Shown: piece by piece, positions 25,835 to 36,393 of the stretch
How positions within the stretch are numbered: position 1 is the first letter of the stretch
Layout of the letters: each line of letters begins with the position of its first letter
NCBI GenBank assembly: GCA_032718475.1
Contig: JAUCBJ010003502.1
Location: 1 to 41,016 of the forward strand
Length of the DNA stretch: 41,016 bases
Direction: 5' to 3'
DNA from: Nemertoderma westbladi
Taxonomy: Eukaryota; Animalia; Xenacoelomorpha
Position numbers and translations under genes: made by a program
Notes under the pieces: model-generated
Told to the model about the DNA's origin: nothing
Databases searched by the model: none
What the model saw: the letters and a program-made list of their open reading frames with translations, nothing else

Positions 25835-27548
25835 TTTTACAACTGCTCACATACAGTAACAATCAAGACTTACCTGGCAAATTGTGAATGAGGTATCTGG
25901 TCGGAAAAGTTGCGCTAAGGGGCGCCTTAAAGCTGATTGTCCTGAAGAACGTGTTGGGAAATGGAAAGATCACTTCAGCAACTTGCTTGGGCAGCCACCA
26001 AACATCGAGGTCAGCCCTACAAGGAAAATATATGACAAGGCACTACCTATAGAAACAGGGCCGAACTCCAAAGAAGCATTAAAAGCATGTCCAATAATAA
26101 AGCGAGTGGATTATATGAAATCCCTGCAGAGGTACGGAAAACCGGAGTGCTAAACAGACCATTATTGGATGTTTGCAACCGGATGCTGAAAGGGGAAAAG
26201 CCACCACCAATTTGGACTAAAGGTCAACTAAAGCCTCTCCCCAAGAAAGGAGACCTCGGCATACCAACAAACTATCGTGGGATCTGTCTGCTTGTGGTAG
26301 CTGCCAAAATATACAATAAAATGATTCTATATAGGATTAGGCCTCATATAGAGAAACTATTGCGTAAGAGCCAAAACGGATTTCGACCAAATAGATCAAC
26401 AATAGATCAGATATTTGCGCTACGGGGACTGATTGAAGGAATTAAGTCAAAGAATCTCCCCGCAGTCATGACCTCTGTTGACTTCAAGAAGGCATTCGAC
26501 TCCATCCATAGAGGCAAAATGCTTGAAATCCTAAGAGCTTATGGAATACCAGAAGTAATCGTTGCTGGCATTGGATTATTATATTGTGACACAGAAACTC
26601 TCCCCAGATGGTGAGACTGAGTTTTTCTCAATCCTGGCTGGCGTACTGCAAGGTAACACATTAGCACCATTACTATTTGTAGTTGTACTGGATTACGCAA
26701 TGAGGACGGCCACAAAGGGTGAAGATTTGGGATTCACACTAAAAGAACGCAGAAGTAGTAGATATCCGGCAACTACAGTCACAGACACCGACTTTGCGGA
26801 TGACATCGCCCTGCTCTCTAATACGCTAGCAGATGCACAGCTTCTACTAAATAAAGTGGAGAGGGCTGCTAAGTAGGTTGGATTGCATATAAATGCTAAC
26901 AAGACCGAATTCATGACTTTTAATGTTAATGGAAACTTGACATCAATTGATAATAATCAACTAAGGAAGGTTGATGACTTCCAGTACCTTGGATCATGGA
27001 TAGAGAGTAGGCCTAGCAAAAAAACATAGACGTTAGGAAATCAAAGGCATGGGTAGCTCTATAAAAAATGGATACCATCTGGAAATCAGATCTCTCCAGG
27101 CACCTGAAGACTAAGTTCTTTCGAGCCACAGTGGAAAGTGTATTTTTATACGGGGTTGAGACCTGGACACTAACTAAATCACTTGAACAACGAATTGATG
27201 GTTGCTACACAAGACTACTAAGGGCAGCCCTAAACATCAGCTGGAGACAACACATGACAAACGCCGAGCTCTATGGTACAATACCACCTGTATCAACCAC
27301 CCTCCGTGAACGCAGATTAAGATTCAGTGGGCACTGCTGGCGAAGTAAAAGACGAGGTCATACGAGATCTACTTTTCTGGCATCCAACTCATGGAAAGCG
27401 TAGTCGTGGACGACCGGCCAGAACATATATAGATCAACTTGAAAGGGATACTGAACTTGGGAGAAACGAAATTGCGACAACTATGGAGAATCGGGAAGCC
27501 TGGAAGGATCTCATTTCCACTATCCGAGTTCGCTCGACCTACTAGAAG
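25835..27548 (+). mobile_element. 5'-truncated RTE-like LINE, inactivated by frameshifts and stops, with 10-bp target-site duplication
   Basis: RT motifs PKKGDL...NYRGI, QNGFRPNRST, DFKKAFDSI, GVLQG, DFADDIALL, YLGS, YGVETW and GRP. ttatataggc flanks both ends (25825-25834 and 27549-27558). Confidence 0.92.
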
Positions 27549-27647
27549 TTATATAGGCCTAAATAGTTACTATAACAACCAACACACCACATACAAATCT
27601 AAAGAAATTAATTTTTATGTTTACAAAAATATTATTTATGTTTTTAG

Positions 27648-27819
27648 GCAAAGTTGAATTGAAGAGAATTAATCAGACAATATCTCGAGTTCAGGATATG
27701 AAAATTCAGTTAGAGGAGAATAATATTCCAGGATATAGTAATAATGATGTTCGGCGACAGAGTCGGGACTGCCTAGATTATCCAATAGGGGCAACGAAAC
27801 CCAAAGACGATATTCGCAG
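27648..27819 (+). CDS. DOCK7: DOCK-C GEF exon F
   Basis: tttttag|gc acceptor (phase 1). Reads GKVELKRINQTISRVQDMKIQLEE...DIR(R), resembling DOCK7 GKKVFERMNS...DMRAKLEE. Donor ag|gtattc. Confidence 0.85.
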
Positions 27820-28279
27820 GTATTCTGTATGACGTAATACTATATACCGATTGTAATAATGTGCGCCGTATTTAATGCTGCTTCGAGTGTAAATTTTTAC
27901 CTGAACAAACGAAACCGATTCAAATAAATTCAATCCTAAATATCAATAGAAGCCAAGCTTAAAGAAGGCCGTACATCTTATATCGAGTGACCTTAATGAA
28001 ATCTACAAAAACACGGTGCCGCTAAAATAAAGTTACTGTGTAGTACTGCAGTAATTTACTATATTCCATAGTCTATTTCACGGTGTCTTACAAATTAATT
28101 GTAATTAAATTATTAGAGCTGCACGGTGCACATCACGTTGTAACAAATCTAACTAACTACAATACATTTATTAGTCTTTACTGGTGTGTTTAGTACTAAA
28201 TTTTTGTAAATGTGAAACCATAATATTTGACTAAAGTAGGTCTTCCTTGAACTCAATTATATTGTAAATTCATTTTCAG

Positions 28280-28424
28280 ATGGAGGAAAGGCCACCTCAT
28301 TTGGAAGAAGGAACACTCAGATGAACAAATCTCAGCCGAGATGGAACAGCTGTCCCAATTGGAGGGTAACCTAGCAACCGAAGCTGGACTCGTGGTTCTT
28401 GATACCATAGAACTTGTAGTGCAG
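28280..28424 (+). CDS. DOCK7: DOCK-C GEF exon G
   Basis: ttttcag|a acceptor (phase 2). Reads RWRKGHLIWKK...EGNLATEAGLVVLDTIELVVQ. Donor cag|gtcagt. Confidence 0.92.
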
Positions 28425-28646
28425 GTCAGTCAGTTTATTGCGTTACAAAATCGATCTAAATGTAATATATTTTTATTTGTAAATATACATTATTCCCAAT
28501 TTTGTCAGGTTAAAAGAACGGAGTTCCCATTAACTTCGGTTTCAGGAGTCGCTCTAGTGTTCTGATATCTAAAAGGCCGAGATTTTAATGAATATATTCA
28601 CATTATCTGTACACTTCGACTTCTTGTGTATCTGTTTTGTTTTTAG

Positions 28647-28872
28647 ATTATCTGTACATCGGGTAATTCCAACCACCAGTCCCTACTCCCCACCATTATG
28701 CGGATTATCCTACATATGTTATCGCGAATTCAGTCCATTCTTTGTCTCGAGAACGTCTTCGCTTCCCAAAGGGCCCTCGTGCTTAAGTTTCCCGAACTTT
28801 TATTTGAAGAGGACACCGAGTTATGTGCCGATCTATGTCTGAGGTTGCTCGGCCATTGCAGTTCCTGTCTCG
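28647..28872 (+). CDS. DOCK7: DOCK-C GEF exon H
   Basis: ttttag|att acceptor. Reads ...[45 protein letters not shown]. Donor g|gtgagt. Confidence 0.94.
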
Positions 28873-29234
28873 GTGAGTCTATCCACCAACTTCCTGCTGA
28901 CCAACTGACCCATTTATTATTAATAATACTATAGATTTTACTTCATTTCATTCTTCATTTTTGGTATGACCACTATTGGACATATTTTATTGAAGCAACT
29001 TTAACACTTAAAATATGTATTACAACATTAAATGCAGTTTAAATTTCTTTTTTACTATATTTTTTATTTCCATTTTTAACCGAACCTTACTCAGGGAAAT
29101 TCTCAATAAAAACTTTACATAACTGCGCCGTCCATTTCAATATTGAGTATAACTTTTAATTATTTATGTTTCTGGTTTGTTATCCAATATTTGAAACAAC
29201 ATATTTTTTATACTGACGTTAATACATTACGTAG

Positions 29235-29391
29235 GTCCTGTACGCGCTCAAGCTTCGGCCTCATTGTACCTGCTGATGCGACAGAATTTTGAAATCGGAA
29301 ATAATTTCGCGAGGGTAAAGATGCAGGTAACTATGTCGCTGTCCAGTCTAGTTGGCACCTCAAAATCCTTCAATGAGGATTACCTTAGAAG
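29235..29391 (+). CDS. DOCK7: DOCK-C GEF exon I
   Basis: cgtag|gt acceptor. Reads [52 protein letters not shown], near-identical to the conserved DOCK6/7/8 block. Donor ag|gtgagt. Not in the ORF track. Confidence 0.95.
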
Positions 29392-29496
29392 GTGAGTTTT
29401 TAAAGTCGTTTTTTTGTTTCCTATTTTTCTGTCTCTTTTTTTATGTTTCCTAATTTCGCTTATCCATTTTTTATGTTTCCTAATTTCGCTTTTCAG

Positions 29497-29679
29497 GTCG
29501 TTAAAGACGATTCTTATCTACGCAGAAGACGACGATGACCTCAAAGGAACCACGTTCCCAGATCAGGTTCGCGATCTCGTGTTTAACCTTCACATGATCC
29601 TCTCCGATACGGTTAAAATGAAGGAGTTCCAGGAAGACCCTGAGATGCTTCTTGATCTTATGTATAGAATAGCTAAAGG
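29497..29679 (+). CDS. DOCK7: DOCK-C GEF exon J
   Basis: tttcag|g acceptor. Reads [13 protein letters not shown]...[42 protein letters not shown]. Donor gg|gtaagg. Confidence 0.95.
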
Positions 29680-29794
29680 GTAAGGTGTTATCGTTATTAA
29701 TCGAACCATTATATTTTATAACATGGTATTTGAACGAGTTCTAAATTTCAATCACTTCACTGTTTAGTTTCGTTCGCTTGTATTTCTTGTTTAG

Positions 29795-29985
29795 ATACCA
29801 GACATCGCCGGACCTCAGGCTAACCTGGTTGCAGAACATGGCCGAGAAACACAAGGAGAGAGGCAACTGGGCCGAGGCGGCTCAATGCTTCACCCACGCG
29901 GCGGGGTTGGTCAGCGAGTACTTGAGTATGCTGGAAGGGAGGGAATACTGGCCCGTCGGATGTGTAGACTTCACTAATGTTTCAG
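29795..29985 (+). CDS. DOCK7: DOCK-C GEF exon K (start of DHR-2/DOCKER domain)
   Basis: tttag|a acceptor. Reads [20 protein letters not shown]...[22 protein letters not shown]...[11 protein letters not shown]. Donor cag|gtgagt is the first unit of the 30-bp array. The expected next exon (NVLEES...) was not found in the window. Confidence 0.94.
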
Positions 29986-32900
29986 GTGAGTGGAGCGAGT
30001 TCACTAAAGTTTCAGGTGAGTGAAGCGAGTTCGCTAATGTTTCAGGAGAGGAGCGAGTTCGCTAATGTTTCAGGTGAGTGAAGCGAGTTCGGTAATGTTT
30101 CAGGTGAGTGAAGCGAGTTCGCTAATGTTTCAGGAGTGGAGCGAGTTCACTAATGTTTCAGGTGAGTGGAGCGAGTTCGCGAATGTTTCAGGAGTGGAGC
30201 GAGTTCGCTAATGTTTCAGGTGAGTGGAGCGAGTTCACTAATGTTTCAGGAGTGGAGCGAGTTCACTAATGTTTCAGGTGGGTGAAGCGAGTTCGCTAAT
30301 GTTTCAGGTGAGTGGAGCGAGTTCACTAATGTTTCAGGTGAGTGGAGCGAGTTCACTAATGTTTCAGGTGGGTGGAGCGAGTTCGCTAATGTTTCAGGTG
30401 AGTGAAGCGAGTTTGCTAATGTTTCAGGTAAGTGGAGCGAGTTCGCTAATGTTTCAGGTGAGTGGAGCGAGTTTGCTAACGTTTCAGGAGTGGAGCGAGT
30501 TCACTAATGTTTCAGGTGGGTGAAGCGAGTTCGCTAATGTTTCAGGTGAGTGGAGCGAGTTCGCTAATGTTTCAGGAGTGGAGCGAGTTCACTAATGTTT
30601 CAGGTGAGTGAAGCGAGTTCGCTAATGTTTCAGGTGGGTGGAGCGAGTTCGCTAATGTTTCAGGAGTGGAGCGAGTTCACTAATGTTTCAGGTGAGTGGA
30701 GCGAGTTCACTAATGTTTCAGGAGTGGAACGAGTTCGCCAATGTTTCAGGTGAGTGAAGCGAGTTCGCTAATGTTTCAGGTGAGTGAAGCGAGTTCGCTA
30801 ATGTTTCAGGTGAGTGGAGCGAGTTCGATAATGTTTCTGGAGTGGAGCGAGTTCACTAATGTTTCAGGTGAGTGGAGCGAGTTCGCTGTTTCAGGAGTGG
30901 AGCGAGTTCGCTAATGTTTCAGGTGAGTGGAGCGAGTTCACTAATTTTTCAGGAGTGGAACGAGTTCGCTAATGTTTCAGGTGAGTGAAGCGAGTTCGCT
31001 AATGTTTCAGGTGAGTGGAGCGAGTTCGCTAATGTTTCAGGTGGGTGAAGCGAGTTCGCTAATGTTTCAGGTGAGTGGAGCGAGTTCGCTAATGTTTCAG
31101 GAGTGGAGCGAGTTCACTAATGTTTCAGGTGAGAGAAGCGAGTTCGCTAATGTTTCAGGTGGGTGGAGCGAGTTCGCTAATGTTTCAGGAGTGGAGCGAG
31201 TTCACTAATGTTTCAGGTGAGTGGAGCGAGTTCACTAATGTTTCAGGAGTGGAACGAGTTCGCTAATGTTTCAGGTGAGTGAAGCGAGTTCGCTAATGTT
31301 TCGGGTGAGTGAAGCGAGTTCGCTAATGTTTCAGGTGAGTGGAGCGAGTTCGATAATGTTTCTGGAGTGGAGCGAGTTCACTAATGTTTCAGGTGAGTGG
31401 AACGAGTTCGCTGTTTCAGGAGTGGAGCGAGTTCACTAATGTTTCAGTAGTGGAGCGAGTTCACTAATGTTTCAGGTGGGTGAAGTGAGTTCGCTAATGT
31501 TTCAGGTGAGTGGAGCAAGTTCACTAATGTTTCAGGTGAGTTGAGCGAGTTCACTAATGTTTCAGGAGTGGAGCGAGTTCGCTAATGTTTCAGGTGAGTG
31601 GAGCGAGTTCACTAATGTTTTAGGTGAGTGGAGCGAGTTAACTAATGTTTTAGGTGGGTGAAGCGAGTTCGCTAATGTTTCAGGAGTGGAGCGAGTTCGC
31701 TAATGTTTCAGGTGAGTGGAGCGAGTTAACTAATGTTTCAGGTGGGTGAAGCGAGTTCGCTAATGTTTCAGGAGTGGAGCGAGTTCGCTAATGTTTCAGG
31801 TGAGTGGAGCGAGTTAACTAATGTTTCAGGTGGGTGGAGCGAGTTCGCTAATGTTTCAGGTGAGTGGAGCGAGTTTGCTAACGTTTCAGGAGTGGAGCGA
31901 GTTCACTAATGTTTCAGGTGGGTGAAGCGAGTTCGCTAATGTTTCAGGTGAGTGGAGCGAGTTCGCTAATGTTTCAGGAGTGGAGCGAGTTCACTAATGT
32001 TTCAGGTGAGTGAAGCGAGTTCGCTAATGTTTCAGGTGGGTGGAGCGAGTTCGCTAATGTTTCAGGAGTGGAGCGAGTTCACTAATGTTTCAGGTGAGTG
32101 GAGCGAGTTCACTAATGTTTCAGGAGTGGAACGAGTTCGCCAATGTTTCAGGTGAGTGAAGCGAGTTCGCTAATGTTTCAGGTGAGTGAAGCGAGTTCGC
32201 TAATGTTTCAGGTGAGTGGAGCGAGTTCGATAATGTTTCTGGAGTGGAGCGAGTTCACTAATGTTTCAGGTGAGTGGAGCGAGTTCGCTGTTTCAGGAGT
32301 GGAGCGAGTTCGCTAATGTTTCAGGTGAGTGGAGCGAGTTCACTAATTTTTCAGGAGTGGAACGAGTTCGCTAATGTTTCAGGTGAGTGAAGCGAGTTCG
32401 CTAATGTTTCAGGTGAGTGGAGCGAGTTCGCTAATGTTTCAGGTGGGTGAAGCGAGTTCGCTAATGTTTCAGGTGAGTGGAGCGAGTTCGCTAATGTTTC
32501 AGGAGTGGAGCGAGTTCACTAATGTTTCAGGTGAGAGAAGCGAGTTCGCTAATGTTTCAGGTGGGTGGAGCGAGTTCGCTAATGTTTCAGGAGTGGAGCG
32601 AGTTCACTAATGTTTCAGGTGAGTGGAGCGAGTTCACTAATGTTTCAGGAGTGGAACGAGTTCGCTAATGTTTCAGGTGAGTGAAGCGAGTTCGCTAATG
32701 TTTCGGGTGAGTGAAGCGAGTTCGCTAATGTTTCAGGTGAGTGGAGCGAGTTCGATAATGTTTCTGGAGTGGAGCGAGTTCACTAATGTTTCAGGTGAGT
32801 GGAACGAGTTCGCTGTTTCAGGAGTGGAGCGAGTTCACTAATGTTTCAGTAGTGGAGCGAGTTCACTAATGTTTCAGGTGGGTGAAGTGAGTTCGCTAAT

Positions 32901-34453
32901 GTTTCAGGTGAGTGGAGCAAGTTCACTAATGTTTCAGGTGAGTTGAGCGAGTTCACTAATGTTTCAGGAGTGGAGCGAGTTCGCTAATGTTTCAGGTGAG
33001 TGGAGCGAGTTCACTAATGTTTTAGGTGAGTGGAGCGAGTTAACTAATGTTTCAGGTGGGTGAAGCGAGTTCGCTAATGTTTCAGGAGTGGAGCGAGTTC
33101 GCTAATGTTTCAGGTGAGTGGAGCGAGTTAACTAATGTTTCAGGTGGGTGAAGCGAGTTCGCTAATGTTTCAGGAGTGGAGCGAGTTCGCTGTTTCAGGA
33201 GTGGAGCGAGTTCGCTAATGTTTCAGGTGAGTGGAGCGAGTTCACTAATTTTTCAGGAGTGGAACGAGTTCGCTAATGTTTCAGGTGAGTGAAGCGAGTT
33301 CGCTAATGTTTCAGGTGAGTGGAGCGAGTTCGCTAATGTTTCAGGTGGGTGAAGCGAGTTCGCTAATGTTTCAGGTGAGTGGAGCGAGTTCGCTAATGTT
33401 TCAGGAGTGGAGCGAGTTCACTAATGTTTCAGGTGAGAGAAGCGAGTTCGCTAATGTTTCAGGTGGGTGGAGCGAGTTAACTAATGTTTCAGGTGGGTGA
33501 AGCGAGTTCGCTAATGTTTCAGGAGTGGAGCGAGTTCGCTAATGTTTCAGGTGAGTGGAGCGAGTTCACTAATGTTTCAGGAGTGGAACGAGTTCGCTAA
33601 TGTTTCAGGTGAGTGAAGCGAGTTCGCTAATGTTTCGGGTGAGTGGAGCGAGTTAACTAATGTTTCAGGTGGGTGAAGCGAGTTCGCTAATGTTTCAGGA
33701 GTGGAGCGAGTTCGCTAATGTTTCAGGTGAGTGGAGCGAGTTCACTAATGTTTCAGGAGTGGAACGAGTTCGCTAATGTTTCAGGTGAGTGAAGCGAGTT
33801 CGCTAATGTTTCGGGTGAGTGGAGCGAGTTAACTAATGTTTCAGGTGGGTGAAGCGAGTTCGCTAATGTTTCAGGAGTGGAGCGAGTTCGCTAATGTTTC
33901 AGGTGAGTGGAGCGAGTTAACTAATGTTTCAGGTGGGTGAAGCGAGTTCGATAATGTTTCAGGTGAGTGGAGCCAGTTCACTAATGTTTCAGGTGGGTGG
34001 AGCGAGTTCGCTTATGTTTCAGGTGAGTGGAGCGAGTTCGCTTATGTTTCAGGTGAGTGGAGCGAGTTCACTAATGTTTCAGGTGAGTGGAGCGAGTTCA
34101 CTAATGTTTCAGGAGTGGAACGAGTTCGCTAATGTTTCAGGTGAGTGAAGCGAGTTCGCTAATGTTTCGGGTGAGTGGAGCGAGTTAACTAATGTTTCAG
34201 GTGGGTGAAGCGAGTTCGCTAATGTTTCAGGAGTGGAGCGAGTTCGCTAATGTTTCAGGTGAGTGGAGCGAGTTAACTAATGTTTCAGGTGGGTGAAGCG
34301 AGTTCGATAATGTTTCAGGTGAGTGGAGCCAGTTCACTAATGTTTCAGGTGGGTGGAGCGAGTTCGCTTATGTTTCAGGTGAGTGGAGCGAGTTCGCTTA
34401 TGTTTCAGGTGAGTGGAGCGAGTTCGCTAATGTTTCAGGTGGGTGAGTCGAGT
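29970..34453 (+). repeat. 30/26-bp minisatellite (~150 copies) made of the exon K donor junction
   Basis: Unit ttc[a/g]ctaatgtttcaggtgagtggagcgag plus a 26-bp variant lacking 4 bases after tttcag. The first unit is the last 16 nt of exon K plus its donor. Confidence 0.98.
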
Positions 34454-34717
34454 TGCATTGATTCACATCTTTCCAGAGGTCGTGGGTTTGATCCCCGCAT
34501 GGACCAGGGCAGTTTTCGTTTCAGCACGAATGCTTTGGAGGGACTATAGCCAGGGCGCATCTCTGCCTTGCATCCTTAAGTGGTAGCAAAATGAGTACTG
34601 GAGTTTCCTTTGGGGAGTATAGTTCTGGGGGGACAGCACTGGAAATAAGTCGTCAGACGTTATGCGTAACCCTGGCCTAGCGGCCGAAGAAAGGTTTACC
34701 CTCTTTTTTACTTTTAC
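34453..34717 (+). mobile_element. tRNA-derived SINE, copy 1 (5' end abuts the minisatellite)
   Basis: B-box-like gggtttgatccc; clearly homologous to 38354-38625 (agccagggcgcatctctgccttgcatccttaa...atgagtactg...gttctggggg...gcactggaaataagtcg); ttttacttttac tail. Confidence 0.8.
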
Positions 34718-35442
34718 GGCCGGACAGAAAAACCGACAGTTTGGATGCCATCAAGCATGAAAACTAACATCTGAAATGAGGAAAACCCCAACAATATCCA
34801 GGCGTTTAGCAAATTAGATTAATCGCAGACCCATGTAACTAATAATAATATTAAAGTAATTAAAACGAAGTATTTTATATTAAATAAGCACAACAGTTTT
34901 ACTATTTATATTTATAAATAATGTTTTTACCGGTAATAGCCACTCTCGGGGCGCTGGTAATTTAAATTACCAGGCCAATAAAATTAAATGAAAATTACCA
35001 GATAAATTACCATTTCGTGTGCTAGTATGTCGTTAGTTAGTTCAGTTTAAAACGAAAATATTTATGAATAGGAATTATGAAAAAATAAGGACTGACAGCA
35101 AAATATTGTAAATAAAGAAAAGAAACAGAGAAACGTAAAAAACGAGAAAACATTCATCAGTTCGATACATTGATACAGTGCCACAGAGATATATCGCACT
35201 GAAGTAAATCAATTAATTTCTTAATTCTTATGAACATATTTGCACCACGTAGACGGCCGTATAGGATAAATCAAACAAAAACACAACAATATCTCCATCG
35301 ATTATAATCTGAAGGAGTTCCAATATTCAATTGAAATTATCCTCTTTTTAATTATAAAACAAATGCCCGTTGTCCGTAAATCAATAGTACATTATTACTC
35401 GACCTAAAGGTGTAACCTACTGCGGACTGCGACGTTTTTCTA

Positions 35443-35940
35443 CTAAGCGGTGTCGCCCGTTCCTCCCACTGCACCAAGAACACCAAGCGAACCGCCTCCA
35501 CCGCTGACACAACGCGTTGGTTTCAGTATTAATCGGGTCTGGTCGTCGCAGGATAAATTAAAATCTGCCAAAACCGACCGAATTCGCGACATAATTATAG
35601 TCGGGGCCACAACGCGGCTCTGAATGCCCGTTAGAAACAAAAGTAGCAAAATAATGCCGCTCATAGTGAAGTACCAATGTCTAAGGAGAGAAACTATAAG
35701 CGGGGATTGGCCCGTATCGGGATCCAGTAGCCATACACAGGCCGTGGACAGAGTGAATCCGAAGACAACAGTTAGTAGAAAGCGGCATCTATAGGCCGCC
35801 GGACGGGTTCCTCTCGTGAGTTCCGCTAGTCGGTGCTCGAAGGCTCGGAGGTCGTCTAGGTTACTCGTATAGTCGCTGGTGAGGGAGGTGAGTCCGCCGG
35901 ACGACCCTCGGTTGTCACGGGAACGGAGACGCCAAGACAT
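35443..35940 (-). CDS. CNEP1R1: CTD nuclear envelope phosphatase 1 regulatory subunit 1 (TMEM188/NEP1-R1, Spo7-like), intronless CDS
   Basis: DDLRAFEHRLAE...QP-like RPAAYR...WLLDPDT...SLLRHWYFT...GIQSRVVAPTIIMSRIRSVLADFNLSCDDQTRLILKP aligns by eye with human EDLKAFERRLTE...WLIDPET...[37 protein letters not shown]. Two hydrophobic segments; intact ATG to TAG. Confidence 0.93.
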   Translation of the reverse strand: MSWRLRSRDNRGSSGGLTSLTSDYTSNLDDLRAFEHRLAELTRGTRPAAYRCRFLLTVVFGFTLSTACVWLLDPDTGQSPLIVSLLRHWYFTMSGIILLLLFLTGIQSRVVAPTIIMSRIRSVLADFNLSCDDQTRLILKPTRCVSGGGGSLGVLGAVGGTGDTA

Positions 35941-35947
35941 CGTGATA

Positions 35948-35979
35948 CTAAATAACAGGAATGTGAACTCAGTTTTATT
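35948..35979 (-). promoter_or_regulatory. Intercistronic AATAAA (35979-35974) followed by 3' acceptor tcctgttatttAG (AG at 35949-35948)
   Basis: The minus strand reads ...ggtAATAAAactgagttcacattcctgttatttAG|tatcacgATG. Function is inferred from the motifs only. Confidence 0.55.
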
Positions 35980-36066
35980 ACCGGTACCGGTAGGTCTCCT
36001 AACGTGTTACGAATTAACACTGACAGAAAGCATGAGAAGATAATGATCAGCTAATTGGAACTGGAT

Positions 36067-36393
36067 TTACGGTTTACCTTCTGTAGCTTCGCGTTCTCGT
36101 TGCAGCTGTTTTCGAATATCTCGCGAGTCTTTTAATAATTCTTGAATCTGATTGGTTAATGAAGTCTGTCTTTGTTCAACTGTATCAAGAAATCCATTGA
36201 TTTCATCAAAGGTATTGGCAATAGCCTCTATCTCACTGATATCATCACACTGCCCAGCTCTAGTGGTTGCTAGGTTCTCTGTTCTTTGGCCAGTTGCGGA
36301 TGATGTCTCCTTAGTGTCGTCGTCTATATCGGTTTTGACGGTACCGGTACCAGTATCTGTTGTACCGGTATGATTATTGTTACCGGTAGACAT
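36067..36393 (-). CDS. BBLN: Bublin coiled-coil protein (C9orf16/UPF0184 family), intronless CDS
   Basis: The first true ATG is at 36393 (MSTGNN...). EIEAIANTFDEINGFLDTVEQRQTSLTNQIQELLKDSRDIRKQLQ parallels human EYAAINSMLDQINSCLDHLEEKNDHLHARLQELLESNRQTRLEFQ. Acidic low-complexity N-terminus. Confidence 0.82.
   Translation of the reverse strand: MSTGNNNHTGTTDTGTGTVKTDIDDDTKETSSATGQRTENLATTRAGQCDDISEIEAIANTFDEINGFLDTVEQRQTSLTNQIQELLKDSRDIRKQLQREREATEGKP

Noticed and set aside
5721-34453. CRISPR-like appearance of the regular repeats
   Set aside because: Units are head-to-tail with no unique spacers, there are no cas genes, and the context is a spliced eukaryotic gene.
30269-34549. ORFs encoding [10 protein letters not shown] repeats
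   Set aside because: They are translations of the minisatellite, broken by 26-bp units and stops, and show no protein family similarity.
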